In this document: piece after piece, positions 1 through 15,728 of the stretch
Layout of the letters: each line of letters begins with the position of its first letter
Position numbering within the stretch: the stretch's first letter is position 1
NCBI RefSeq assembly: GCF_041956535.1
Contig: NW_027192200.1
Coordinates: 116,536 to 152,504, forward strand
Source of the DNA: Calcarisporiella thermophila CBS 279.70
Lineage: Eukaryota; Fungi; Calcarisporiellomycota
Length of the DNA: 35,969 nt
Direction of reading: 5' to 3'
Position numbers and translations under genes: made by a program
The notes under the pieces: generated by a model
What the model was told of the DNA's origin: nothing
What the model saw: the letters and a program-made list of their open reading frames with translations, nothing else
Database searches by the model: none

Positions 1-233
1 TTGACTATGTTGCGGAGGAGCTCATTCAACAATCGGTACAGAAGATTTGCAAAAACAAAACCTGTCTGATAATTGCACATCGCCTGAAGAGCGTTCTCGA
101 TTTGGATAAGGTGCTCGTACTGGATGCAGGTCGCGTGGTAGAGTTTGACACTCCAAAGAATCTGTTGGATATCGAAAATGGCCATTTCAACCAGATGGTG
201 AAAAGGACAAATCTTGAGATAGCCCTTTCTTAG
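1..233 (+). CDS. ABC transporter, ABCC/MRP family, C-terminal end of NBD2 (partial, runs off the window start)
   Basis: Frame from nt 3 reads DYVAEELIQQSVQKICKNKTCLIIAHRLKSVLDLDKVLVLDAGRVVEFDTPKNLL...IALS*, with TAG at 231-233. It has the H-loop IAHRL and the typical ABCC tail 'D.V.V.D.G.V.EFD.P..LL'. Confidence 0.93.
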   Translation, partial: DYVAEELIQQSVQKICKNKTCLIIAHRLKSVLDLDKVLVLDAGRVVEFDTPKNLLDIENGHFNQMVKRTNLEIALS

Positions 234-598
234 AGCCGTGCAGTACATGGAAGAGAAATTTGGTTGAAATTTTTAGAAATTATTTATAATAAATGAGATT
301 TTAATTCTCCAAGAATTTTTAATCCTGGTCATATGTGCTGAATTTAGAAATTCGAAATTTAAAATATCAGAAGCATCCGCCACTGTTTATATATCTTTTA
401 TCAATTCGAAATCTATGTGCTCTGATTGGTATTAGACGTCACCATTGTATATGATCCTATGTGGCTCAGTAACGTGACTGACTATGTGATGTCGTGTGAG
501 TGGCAAAAAAGGAATATAATATAGGGTGAGTTGACGTGACATTAGCTGTGCACTGAGATAATTACTCTGGTGGAATCTCCAGTAATCGTGTTGGTTTA

Positions 599-993
599 AT
601 GAAGACATATTACGAAACCTCATCCCTCGTTAAATTGCGTAAGTTCCCTGACTTTTCTGTTCGCGTGCATTGTCCATATTGCAATACCGTGGTAATGACG
701 GCCATTCGATACCGTAATGGAGTGCTGGTATGGTTGATAGCTTTTGCACTGTATGTATTGGATGGACCATATGCAAAGGAGTTCTACTAATGCTTTTTAC
801 TTGCCAGGCTGGTGTTCACCTTTTTCTTTTGTTTTATTCCCTTTCTTGTTGAGAATTTTAAAGGTGAGTCCGAGGCCAAATGTACTCCAGAGTGTCTTGT
901 ACACTTATACTAACCTATTTGTTGGCGACCCTAGATGTGGAGCACATATGTCCAGTGTGTGGAAATCGAATCACTTATATATATCGTATTTAA
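599..993 (+). CDS. LITAF/SIMPLE-like zinc-ribbon membrane protein (3 coding exons)
   Basis: Exons 599-750, 808-863 and 935-993, joined by introns GTATGT..CAG and GTGAGT..TAG. The spliced protein reads ...VHCPYCNTVVMT...GVLVWLIAFALLVFTFFFCFIPFLVENFKDVEHICPVCGNRITYIYRI*, the CxxC-hydrophobic-HxCxxC LITAF signature. Confidence 0.9.
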
Positions 994-1259
994 TGTAGAT
1001 TTATGTAGATCTAGAGGTGTTTACTAACACCGTTGTAATTAATTTCAATCGGTAAATATATATACCCAAGGTTTTGAACTATTAGAGAAATTTTGTTCCT
1101 TTAACAATATAATACGAATTCCTTGAACTTGCAAAACAAAAAAAAAATAATAAATGGTATATGTATTTATATTTATATATTTCAGTAATTAGGCAATCCA
1201 CTTGGCTAATAGCTAATGTTACACTCTAAATACATCAAGAAGTATATAAATCGGCACGC

Positions 1260-3814
1260 CTACTTATGTGATTCTAGAAAAAACGGCTTTACTTTTGGTC
1301 GCTTGCTCGGGGATTCATAGAGAGTTTTTTCCACCTTTAACGAGTCTGCCTTACGTCGCTCACTTTGAAGAGGGTCTGCAGCAACGACTGTAGAAGAAGA
1401 TGGAGTATGAGACTCGCGTTGAAGACGTATTGCCAAGTGATAATCCTGGTGCTCAACCCAGCGTGCAGACTCAATTTTGGAATTACATTCCTCGCATCGA
1501 ATCCACTCATTGCTCCGCTCTTCTCCATCCGCGCTCTTAGCAGATTCCATATTTACTTTTTCCCCTTCGTCATCCCTTGGTTCCATCCCACCTTTTACTC
1601 CCGCATTCTCTTTAGCATTACCAGGAGTTTTTTGGAAAAATCGAAGCAATCCTTTCAGCTCTTTCTTTTCCACAGGCTTCTCTGATTTGTAAAACCGAGA
1701 TTCATCAGAGGATGAATGGGTGACTTCCCTTTTTTCATTTAATATGGCTTCATTTGATATTTTGACATTGCCTCGCAGTGTAGCAGAAGACTGGAAGAAG
1801 GTGGTGATATCTTTCGAGGTGGCGCTCTCATCTTTTTGTATCCCGAGGGCTGCAATGGAGATACCCGTGATGGGGGTTTGATGCTCGAGTGAGCCGAAAA
1901 AAAGCTCTAGCAGCTTTTGGGATAGTGTATCTAGGAAACAAATATCGGCTTCTCTTGTTAAAGTAAGTCGTTTGAAAATTACAAAGCACTAATAGAGTAC
2001 CAGGCGATTTGAGCTCTTTTCTGTGAATGAAGGGACAGGACTTTGATTTGCTCTTATAGGCTCCTCTTTGTCGGTAGTTTAGCTGAAAGAATAGGTAGAA
2101 AGATAAGCGTTTCTATCCTCTAGCTCTTACCACATATAATAGTTCAATACTCACGACCAAAGTCTTGGGCCAATGAGAGTTTGCTTCGAAATTAGAGGTC
2201 ACCCTGCTGTAGAGCTCGGAGCTCAAAACCCCAATCCAATGTTTAACTTCATTGTCTGTGCGTATCGGCTTGGGAAACGACTTGGCACACATCATAGACT
2301 TGTTGTTTTCCTTGACTGGGGTCACTGCATGGAGTTTGTTATCAATCTAGAGCGCAAGATAGAATAAAGGCAAGCAAAATAAGTACCTTCACTAAAGTCT
2401 ATTCCTCGTGATATGTTATATAGCCATAGTCCGCTCCCAAATTTAGCTTGCAGCTCTTCTTCTGAGTACTGCCAGAGGTCGCCCGCAGTGACCACTTCCA
2501 ACTCGGCCTCAACTTCTTTTCCTAATTTTCCACCCAGATTGCGAATTTTTTGGAATGGCAGATTGCGCATGAAAGGTAAAACTGCCCTTGGGCGCATTAT
2601 TGTCTAAATAGCGAAGTCAACATTAAAGTGCACAATATTGTGGGATAGTGATTGAATGCATACCTGATTGTTTGGTTTATTGAGGCCCGAGCATAATTTT
2701 GCGAGCGTCTTGTTCTGTGCGATTCCTATTTTTTTTTAAAAAAAAGCATTAGCCAATAGGAGGGGCGCTTCCAAAAGTGAGAGATATAATATACCTGCAG
2801 AACAAGTGTATCCCAGCTCATCGAAGACAGCTGTTCGTATCTCAATAGCGTATTCCGCAGCGATCATTAGCTGAACTTCTGCCCATTCACCTTTTATTTC
2901 TTCCCCTTCTCCTTCGTCCTCATCAACGCCCACCAACACGCCTAGCCCATCCCATCTGACGGGTGGAATCTCGACTTCATCAAGACTTTCTTCGTCTCCA
3001 GTTCTAGATTGAAAATAACGATCTAAGATCGTTTGATTCACTTTATCAGTAACATCAAGGAAGCCCTCGTCGATGCTCCCACGTTGTAATCGCGAGCAAA
3101 ATCGTTCTAACACTGAAAAAATCTGTCGACTTGCTCGTCGGTACGGGTCAAGTGAAACTTTGTGAGTATGTGGACTCGGGTTTGGATGATATTTGAATTC
3201 AGTGTCGCCGTTTGCATAGGTTGCGACATGAACAAACTGGATATCTTTGGAGGATACAAAAGTGGCTTACTTTACTCATCCAAAAAAAAAAGCAGGGCCT
3301 CATTTACCTGGACAAAGTTTCTTTGCCTCTTCGGGAGTACAAAGACGTTTCACCCCAAATGCTCTTGCTGCGTAATTAACTGTAGAAAATTCCAGTTTCA
3401 ATCAGAATTCACTGTGAAAAGGGCCTCTTTTTGAAGTACTTACTCGCAATTAACCCGTTCCATTGCAATACTGCAACTGGTTTCTCATTTGGAATCCCAA
3501 GTCGTAGCTGCTCTAATTATTTGGATTCAAGCCAAATTAATAAATGTTCATAAAATAAAAATAAACACAGCATTAAGCCCACCAACTTGACAATAGAAGC
3601 AATCTAAATGGATAAATTATCCAAAAAAAATAAAATACACCAATGAAGAGAAAATTAGTCTTCGCGTTAACTCCACTGCCAAACTCATGCACGAGAAACT
3701 GGTACCTAAATCGATGTGTAAGATAGCACGTTGATTCCTTAGTTCAGTTGGCAAAATTCTCTTCTTTTCTGACGGGTTGCTATCGGCTAACGGCTTGAAA
3801 AATGTAGAGGACAT
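1260..3814 (-). CDS. RAD30: DNA polymerase eta (Y-family translesion polymerase), multi-exon
   Basis: Spliced motifs: HIDLDCFYCQV, PVAVLQWNGLIAINYAAR, KVSLDPYRRAS, GSIDEGFLD, LGYTCSAGIAQNKTLAKL and IRNLGGKLG. The C-terminus has a UBZ finger (CEEC..EHQDYHLA) and a PIP-like/NLS tail (PSKRPKVKPFF). Confidence 0.95.
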
Positions 3815-3991
3815 CGACACTGCTAGTTGAGCATAAAGTGAGTTGTGATATAACGCGACTCATTTTCTTTATTCGTTATATTGAAGAGGCGCAGCAATTT
3901 ACCACCTATCTAGCACCATCTTCGATTGAATTTTTCTACGGAGATAAAAAAATCAAACTCGCTTATCTTGATATTGCACCGCGCTCAAAGA
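3815..3991. promoter_or_regulatory. Short divergent intergenic region (probable bidirectional promoter) between RAD30 and PFK
   Basis: There are 177 bp between the two predicted ATGs (3814 on minus, 3992 on plus). Confidence 0.6.
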
Positions 3992-7292
<3,301 letters not shown>

Positions 7293-7584
7293 ACTATCTT
7301 GTCTCATACAACACTCATAATAAAACTTGATGGGATGTACCACTTGATGTAAGGAGTGTGCTAGGTAGATGGAGATCTTTAAAAAATATGCAATTTGGAC
7401 TCTTCGTAACCAAAGTGTATCTGCTGACTTTGGATATCCATGGGTATATTGGCTCTAGCCAACAGGGTGAGGAAACAAGATATAAATCAATAAATTATAT
7501 ATTAGAATTATATTGTATTGTATTGTATGCGCAAGAGAGTACAAACTGATATACAATTAACAAAACATCTATACGGGTGGTTGG

Positions 7585-10500
7585 TTAGGTCTGGCCTGAG
7601 GGGCTCTGAAGTATCTTGTCTAATCTATCAAATAATCCCTCCATCCGCGCCAACCTTTCCTCTATATTTACAAGCATGCGATTGGTCCCCGTTAAATACG
7701 GGTCGTCTGCCTGGCGCTTGCCAGGGATCTGAGTAGACGAAGAAGGAACGGGAGAAGACGACAGTACATTTTTACTACACACACTTGCAGTTTGCGGAGC
7801 ACCAAATTCCTCGGCCCACGGATTCTCATCGGGATCAATTTTCTCATCTTGAAGACCAAGTTTATGATGCAGCTTTACTAGGTGCTTTTCTACTCGTTGC
7901 AGGTCGTCCCCTGTCGCCACCTCTTTTCGCTTGCGCTCTACTTGCTTCTTCCACGCGGTGCGGTATTCTTCGTGTAACTCGAAGAAGATCAACTCAGGGA
8001 AGAGGCTTTCGTTCTGGCGCATTCCAGGCGTGAGGGTGTAGAGCTCAGTTTGGGCGAGCCAGCGCGTTATGTTTCGCATCCAAGTTTGCTCCGCCTAAAT
8101 GAATGTAAATGATAATCCATAAAAAAATTAAACAGGCCGAAATGGAAGGTATTGGATAGCTACCTCCTTTTCGCTCACTTTATACACACCGTTTATCAGG
8201 GCGATAAGAACATTGAGCAGAACTATCGCTGTGCTAAACGAAAAGAGCACCTTAAGAATCACAACTGTCATATTGTCATCGAATGGATCTAGTGTTTCGT
8301 ATTGTCCAAGGAGAAAGTTATATGTGCTTCGCAGAGCATCAAACCAAAAATCGAAGTGGTTCTCTCCTGAGGCAGTGTCCGAGACTTGGGTAATGTTTCC
8401 ACGAAGTATTCCACGATTCGATGAATCGTTAGTTAAGCTGATAGTGCTTATGGTAGGCTGGTTCTTGATATCTTTGAGCAAAAGATAGAATGCATGGGAG
8501 AACGCCAACAGAATAATGAGTAACACTACGAGAAAGGAGGCAATACGCTGGAACACTTGGGTTATGATGCCAATGAAGATACCAAAGAAATGAAGCACGC
8601 GCAGCTGCATCACAAGATTAACCCAAAGAATTAGCATGGATATCGAGTTTGCCCAAGAGGGGACATTCTTGATGCCGAGAACATATAGCAAGCTCGTGGC
8701 GAGAACAGAACAATACGTCGCGAGATTGACATAGTTGTGAAATTGCCAGAGATACCGCTTTCCCTCGCAGGTAAATTGTCTATATTCTAGTAAAATAAAT
8801 ATACCCGAGAGGAAACCCGAAAGAATGCCTAGGGCGCTCCTAGATATGCCGGAGAAATCTACTATGAGGGCCGCAAAAACACCAAAATAGAGCAACTCAA
8901 AAAATACATTGAGTGCATAGGCCCACCAGCCGTACGCTCTCCATTTCTGGTTGATGATGGGCAGCATGATATTGGGGTTTTTAGAAATTACGACATCATT
9001 GTCGAGGATGACTTGGACGAAAATGCTTCTATTGCTTGGCCGGATCCATTCTTTGAACCACGCCCTAAAAGTTGAAAAATCTTTGCGCGGGTAGTGGCAA
9101 ATTCCCGGGAAGGGCGACATACAAACAATGGCATTACTTCTTTGTGGATCCGATCTCAAATATTTCAAAAAGGAGGCCATTCGCCTCGATGCCCAATATA
9201 AAACTCCTTTGAATCGCATAGGCAAATATTGCATGTATTCTAAAAACGCTAGACCAGCAAAAGGATTATCTTGAACGCCATATTGTCTATCCTTCTGATA
9301 GTATGCCCAAGCCTCCTGGACGGTGCAAAGTCGCGAGAGCGTTCGGTAGGTATAGAAGTTCTTTCTGGAAGACATGAAATGCTTGCCGCTAATGATATCC
9401 GGATCCAAGAGGTCCGGCATGGCTTCCTCCGAGGGATGGGGCACGAAGTATGGCGAATCCTTGCTAGTGCAAAATATGGCAATCGAGTTCAAGACGGAGT
9501 CGAGTACATCTGAGTATTTGGAGCAGAGAGTTGGCAAGCTCTCCACCACAGGTACCATATAATATATCACTCCGGTTTGATTGGCCTTTTGGACGCTTGC
9601 CTCAGCAGCTTTGAAGATATTCTCACCGAAATCGCTCTGTATAGTAGCTGAGAGAATACTAGAGGTTCCCCCAGGATGTTTTAGTGGGAAATGCCTGCAG
9701 CGTGATACCGCCTTTAAAACTATACTCCCCAATCTTCTATCCAGCATCATATTCAGGTACAATTCTCCATCAGGATTTCTTTCATAAAGCAACATGGGAA
9801 CCTGCTCCAGAATATTACAGAAGAGATCCTCGACGTGTGAAATACCACCAGCGGGAAGAGGGTGCCACTCACCCTTCAGCTCCAAGATAAGCTGGTCCAA
9901 GCATCCCATCTGACTCGCGCACATATATGCTTCCAGCATCTCGGGGAGTTTAAGAGGGACGTCAAACGGCTCCCACCGCTCATTTACAAACTGTTGATAG
10001 TGTAATGTCACCGTAGTTCCCCTCAAATGGAATCCGTCAAAGAGATATAACTCATTGTGTCTAGTGAAATAGCACAGATGCATTTTCAAGCTTTCTTTTA
10101 CTCCCCAAATTTGTAGATATATATGATTGACAATCAGGAAATGGCGCTCGTCGATCCAAATAACATAGCATGGTCCGTTAGTATTGATTGGAAGAGCAGG
10201 GCCTGCCTTCGTCTCTCTCCATATTCTAATCGAGGAGGACGAGCGGGTCCATTTCAGCAGCAGTGCACAATTCGGAGATGTAATAGAGAGCTGATCAAAC
10301 TCAAGGACGTCGACTGGTTCATATAGTGGTTCAATATCTTTCTTCAATTCCTCTACGTATTCTTGGCTATCTGAATAATATTCCGGGACAAGCAGATTGT
10401 AGAGCTTGAAAGTTCGGCGGTTACAGTTGTATTGGAAGAGTTTTGAACCGATCAACTTAGTCCTAGTGTGAAACGAAAGAGGGAGGAATTGACGACAAAG

Positions 10501-11583
10501 TACCCTTCCTCTCTCAATATCGATCAGTAAGCATTCACGGAGGTCGCCCGAAGTGGGGATTTTGTTGATAAGCACAGTGTATTTGGGATTACACGCAAGC
10601 TCCCACTCACCCTGCAAGCGCATCTGGAAATGCACCATCGGGTTGCTATTCGAGAATACTCTGAGTGTCAACTCGGAGCCTTTATTGATCTCCGTGAAGA
10701 GCACATTGTTGTAAAGGTAATAATATTTCGAAAAACGACGCTTGTTCCCGGGCCAAAAGGAAAGGGAGGTGGGATCAAGGAGGACATAAAAGTCATGTCG
10801 TGGTAGGGCTGGCTTATTTCTGATGAGAAACCGGTCGTAAAGGAAGAGTGTACCATAGGTTAACTTACAAGCCAATGTCAGTTGGTATTCGTTAAGCGAC
10901 CCGCCCTCTTTCCCTTTGTATATATAATAGCAACCGCTATCTTCGTAAAATACGACAAAGTGATATCCAAAGAACTTGCACAATATCTTTTCTGGCGCGG
11001 CCATGTTCTTGAAGAAACCGAATTCTTGCTCCACCCCCTTTTGGTTCAGCACAATGGGAGCAAGATTACACGTGATAGGAAATAGAACCGCAATAAATTC
11101 GCCGTGCTTAGAAAGAGAGAGGGTGTAAGGATTGTTGCCCCACCTCTCATATCCGTTCAGCAATATATCTAGCTGGAAATCAATGGCTGTTCCGCCTGTC
11201 ACTTGCGGAAGCCTACCAAAGTTCAAGTCACCATTGCTCCAAAGCACGGCAGCGAATTGTCCATCCTCAGAAATAGCTTGATACATAATATCGTGGCTTT
11301 CCGTGATTGTCTCAATTATTGGCGATGCGTTATTATATTCATTAGAGACTGGACGCGTCATATGTTCCTTTTTACTTATGCTGCGTCCATTTGTCGTGAA
11401 ATTGTCTCTTGTAGGGCCAACTGTTACTGGATACGAAAGCTTCTCCCGAGTTTTGCTCCTTGAATTTTCTTTATTTTTAGAAGTTCGAGAATCAGACTCG
11501 GATGGAACAGCTTCCTGCCCAGGAAAAACGGCTGAGGACTGGGGAGGTTCATCGAGATATATTATATACGGATTATCGTTCAT
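7585..11583 (-). CDS. Large TRP-like cation channel: beta-rich (propeller-like) N-terminus, helical region, 6 TM + pore, coiled-coil tail (2 exons, ~1310 aa)
   Basis: Exon 1 is 11583-8164, the intron is 8163-8095 (GTAGCT..TTTAG), and exon 2 is 8094-7585. Features: pre-S1 IINQKW, six hydrophobic segments, pore helix FDALRSTYNFLLGQY, S6 motif VLLNVLIALINGVY, TRP-helix-like EQTWMRNITRWLAQTE and terminal heptad segments. Confidence 0.85.
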
Positions 11584-12552
11584 TAACAGGATAAATACTA
11601 TTTAATAGGTGTGAAACACCAATATAACAATGTAAGAATTATGCTTCTAAAATCACCGAAAGATATAGCTTTGAGAACATACCAAATTAATTTAGGATCA
11701 ACAATGCGTTCTTGCTAGAAAAGTGTACAAAAAGACGAGGTTCAATTATTTCCGCAAAACGAATAGAAATGAGTACTTGTGATAACAATTATTACAATGC
11801 AAATTGGAGTGATTAAAGATGAAATGAAATTCTTACAGCTGTCAACTTAAGACATCATATATAAAAAGAAAGATAGTTTGTCCATTCGATTAGAAACACG
11901 TGAGCAAGGTACCCTACTTGAAGGTATACGCATTGAATAAAATTAAACTCTTATTTTTTGAGCTCATTTCGCGTATATTTAAGATTTTACAATAAAGATT
12001 ATTATCTTCAACCAGATCAAGGGGAACTTCTGCGTGACTGACAGAAATCACAGGACATCAAGCCACATAATGAAGCCTAATAATCATGAGCGGATCGGAA
12101 CTACCATGGCTCGAGTACAGTTGAGCAGAATACAGCAAGTCGGTACTTCCCTATAGCAACGTGATGTTAGTGATATCATTTTTGAGTTGGTCAGCTCAAG
12201 TGTACGCCTGGGGTGATCGAAGCTTGGACTAGAGAGTGCATGTTTATCAACGGATTTTCTTTTCTAGCACTTCTACCGTATCTAGATTGAGCATACCAAA
12301 TTTTCAAATGACTATGTTTAATTTTTACTTACGCTAGCTTACTCTTAAGCAAATTAATTTAAGCGCTTATATGAATATCACAACAGCATTTAGTCAGGGT
12401 TTAATCTCAAACGTTGCCCAGATTTTTGGACAACACTGATTGTTGAATGCCAAATCGAACTACGCCACTTCGCCCAATGTTTGGTGGCGATATTCTCTAG
12501 TAAGTAGACGCGTAGGATTGTGCTCTTTGATATTTTATCTTCCCACTCTAAA

Positions 12553-14060
12553 ATGTCCACCCATTCGCCCGATTTCTACGAAGCTGCTGGGATAAATCCT
12601 CTTGGAATACCAAAGAAGCCTCTGCGGCAACCTATACCGCTTGACTATGCAGCTTACACAGATACTTCACGAGCCGGAGGGGAGATCTATCTCGAAGATG
12701 AAGAGCTCGATACGAAAGAAGCATTGAAGGAACTGTGGAGTGTGGCATTTGTCAAGTTAGTGAGCACTGCAGCAGCTAATCCATTCCAAGTTGGTCAAAC
12801 ATTGCTTCAGGTTCAGTACTTGCCGACCGCTGCGAAACGAAAGGGGAAAGAGAAAACTGAAGATTCCCACGAGCATGGACGAGTAAGTATTGAGGTACTC
12901 AATTGGAATGAATTGGTGTGTAATTTTCGGTTTATTACTCTGAAAGGACTACGATGACGATGAAGAGGAGGACTTCTATGCCTCTGATAGTCACCACGCT
13001 CATACGACAGACGATAGCGAGAACCTCTCTGAAGGGGCTACGAAACTAAATCCCAATGACCCTGTGCTGCAAAAACATCTGCCATCCGATTCCATGGGGT
13101 ATCTTGTACGCACAAACATCTATGATGATTCCACTCGACCTTCTTTTCGAGTCAAACCGCTGGAAAGTGGGATATGGGACTCTATGGGCGTTTTGGTGAA
13201 GCATCCAGACGAAGGGTGGCGATCCTTATTTAAAGGTACCTATATACGATATAATCAAACTTGCAAGTATGGTGAGCTAATTCCGAGTCTAACTATCCTC
13301 TTCAGGGCAATTTACTGATTGGCTTTATGAAATGATGCAGCTCTTTTTGCAGCCATCAATCGAAGGATCCCTTAATGACTCCTTTGGTCTTTATGATGAC
13401 GCAGTTCCGTTTGAGCATCTCGACAATGCAGGTCCCAATATCGCCACTTTGGTATCAAGTCATCTGATAGTGGGTGTATTACTGAGCCCTATAGAGCTCG
13501 TGCGGACAAGGTTAATTGTCCAGACGGCCTCAAAAAAGCATCGCAAGTACAAAGGGCTACTTGATGCACTCCGCACCATTACCGCAGAGGAAGGGCTTAC
13601 CCATCTCTACTTTGGTTCCCATCTCCTTCCCACCCTACTTTATCATACGCTTGGCCCTCTGATTACTACCACCACTCCGCTGATTATTGAGCGTGTCATG
13701 GGTATCTCCTCAGAAGAGTCACCTATTCTATACGGCCTCGCCCAATTTGGCTTGAGCACACTTGAACTTCTTGTAACTTTGCCGCTCGATACCATTCGCA
13801 AACGTCTACAACTCCAGCGGAAGGCACGGGTGAGAGACGGGCGGGAGCTGGAAACCGTGGTAGAAGTCAGGCAGGCGCCATACTCGGGTATGATAGACTG
13901 CGCCAAGAAAATGATAAGGGAAGAAGGAGAGAAGGGTTGGTTAGGGTGGAGATTGGCTCCACTTTATCGGGGATTCAGCTTCCATTTCACCTCGAATGCA
14001 ATGCTCTTTTTGCTGCAGAGCGTGAACGGAGTTGAAGAGCAGGATATAATGGAGTGGTGA
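12553..14060 (+). CDS. UGO1: Mitochondrial fusion and transport protein Ugo1 (SLC25A46-like degenerate carrier)
   Basis: Three exons. Motifs: NPFQVGQTLLQVQYLP, an acidic insert, EGWRSLFKGQ, SPIELVRTRLIVQ, LPLDTIRKRLQLQ and LYRGF. These are carrier PxD/ExxK/R motifs in the Ugo1 layout. Confidence 0.88.
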
Positions 14061-14249
14061 AGCAACGCTAATTTAGCCTAATAATTTTTGGATACAGCAA
14101 TTATGATGGTTTTTTCTGAGACCTTCGAATTTTGAAATTGAGATTGAAAATCAAATGCGCACATTCGTTTTTGTGTTGATTTTTCCAAGTAAAACAATTT
14201 TAATTAAAGAAAAATAATTTTAAATATTGAGCGACATGGATTGCCCTTA

Positions 14250-15596
14250 TCACATATTGTTAAGAGGGGTCTTTTCTACCATGATGTCTTCGAGCCCTTC
14301 GGCTATACTCCTTCGCGCCTAAAGTATGGAGCGGTAGAGTTAGCACTTTAGGCGAAAATTTCAAACACCATCTATACTCACCGGCTCGCTGATGGGTTTC
14401 TCAGGATTCAGATAGGCCATTATGAAATTTTTAGCGAGCCACGCATTCTGGACACGTCCCAATATTTTGGACTATTTTCATAAAGTGCGAGCTAAATCGA
14501 CAGGATTCGCACAGTAAATAATACCTCTTCTACTTACATCGTGTTCTATTGTCAAACTTCCATCTACCTCTTTAACGAATACGAGTGCCTCTCCAGGACG
14601 GATAGTGGTCTTCGGAAACAAAGCCTTGAAGTCACGTATAGCATTGACAATATCCTAAAGAAGTCCTCAGCATTTTCTTATTTCCACAAAATTTTCGTAT
14701 TCTTTTCAACATACAGCTTCGTCCTCTTCTGTAAGATCCTTGTCTTGTTCATGCATTCTCTGCAACAGTGAACGAGTGAAACCATCCCGGAGATGTGCTC
14801 CATTTGTTGACCTTATTGATGCTAAATGTTGCATACTATTAGCAGTTTGAAAAAGAAATCAATCAAATAAGTAATACACTACCAATTCGCAACGTAACTT
14901 TCACTGGCTGCTCAATTAAAGATTCAGCAAAGCTCTCATCAGTCAAGAAAAGCTCTTTCGAAAATTTCTATATGAGCAAAATAAGTGAATCTACTTAAAA
15001 GGATAATGAAGATTAATACCGCACAGTTTACCCACCTTCCACTTCTCGCTACGTTCCCTTAAGTTAATTAAATCTTTGGCATTCATATACATTCCAATGA
15101 CGTAGACTTTAAATTGCAAGAAAGTAATACATCGAACTCCTAGCCCTAGCAATTGTACATGTGAGCCGTCGTGAAGTTTCAAATACGTAGGGAAGGCTGT
15201 TTTCGATTCTGGCTCTACTCACAATAGCAAAGAGCAAAATTTATACCCCACATAATATATTGTAATCAAGCTAAGGTAAATACCCATTACAAAATCGAAA
15301 TTACTTGGCGAAGCCTCTGCAAGTACATTAAACCTCCATCCTAGGCCAATCCCTGTCATTATACCTGCACTTGCTAACAGCGCGCCTACCCTGCCAGGTA
15401 AACTATTTTCAGCGTTCAGGAAGCGATGTGAAATAACATGATAATTTCTAATAGAAGTGCAAAGTTTGGTTTGAGGAAAAGGTTGAAGCTGTTGTCGCAA
15501 GGAAAATGTAGGGCGAACGAAAGAAAAAGTATTATATGTGTTGAAATTACGAGATATCGAGTGGATACGATAAGGGCTACGTGTTAAAGCGTTCAT
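14250..15596 (-). CDS. AIM18: Mitochondrial chalcone-isomerase-fold protein, Aim18/Aim46 family
   Basis: Arg/Ser-rich presequence-like N-terminus and a TM segment, then spliced EPESKTAFP..LLGLGVRCITFLQFKVYVIGMY..NGAHLRDGFTRSL..FKALFP..LGRVQNAWLAKNFIMAYLNPEKPISEPARRSIAEG..NM* (TGA at 14252-14250). Confidence 0.85.
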
Positions 15597-15728
15597 GGAC
15601 GACAATTTTCTACTTTAGTCACTCAGAGAATACTGAACCCGAGGCAACGGCGGAAATTGAATTAAATACTCTATTATGAATTTGGTGGCCTTTCGTGACT
15701 TGCAATTTGACACCAATACTCTACGTGA
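15597..15728. promoter_or_regulatory. Very short divergent intergenic region (probable bidirectional promoter) between the AIM18-like and AKR genes
   Basis: There are 132 bp between ATG 15596 (minus) and ATG 15729 (plus). Confidence 0.6.

Noticed and set aside
11584-12552. Transposon remnant or terminal repeats flanking the TRP-like gene
   Set aside because: No TIR, LTR, target-site duplication or transposase/RT fragment was visible by eye.
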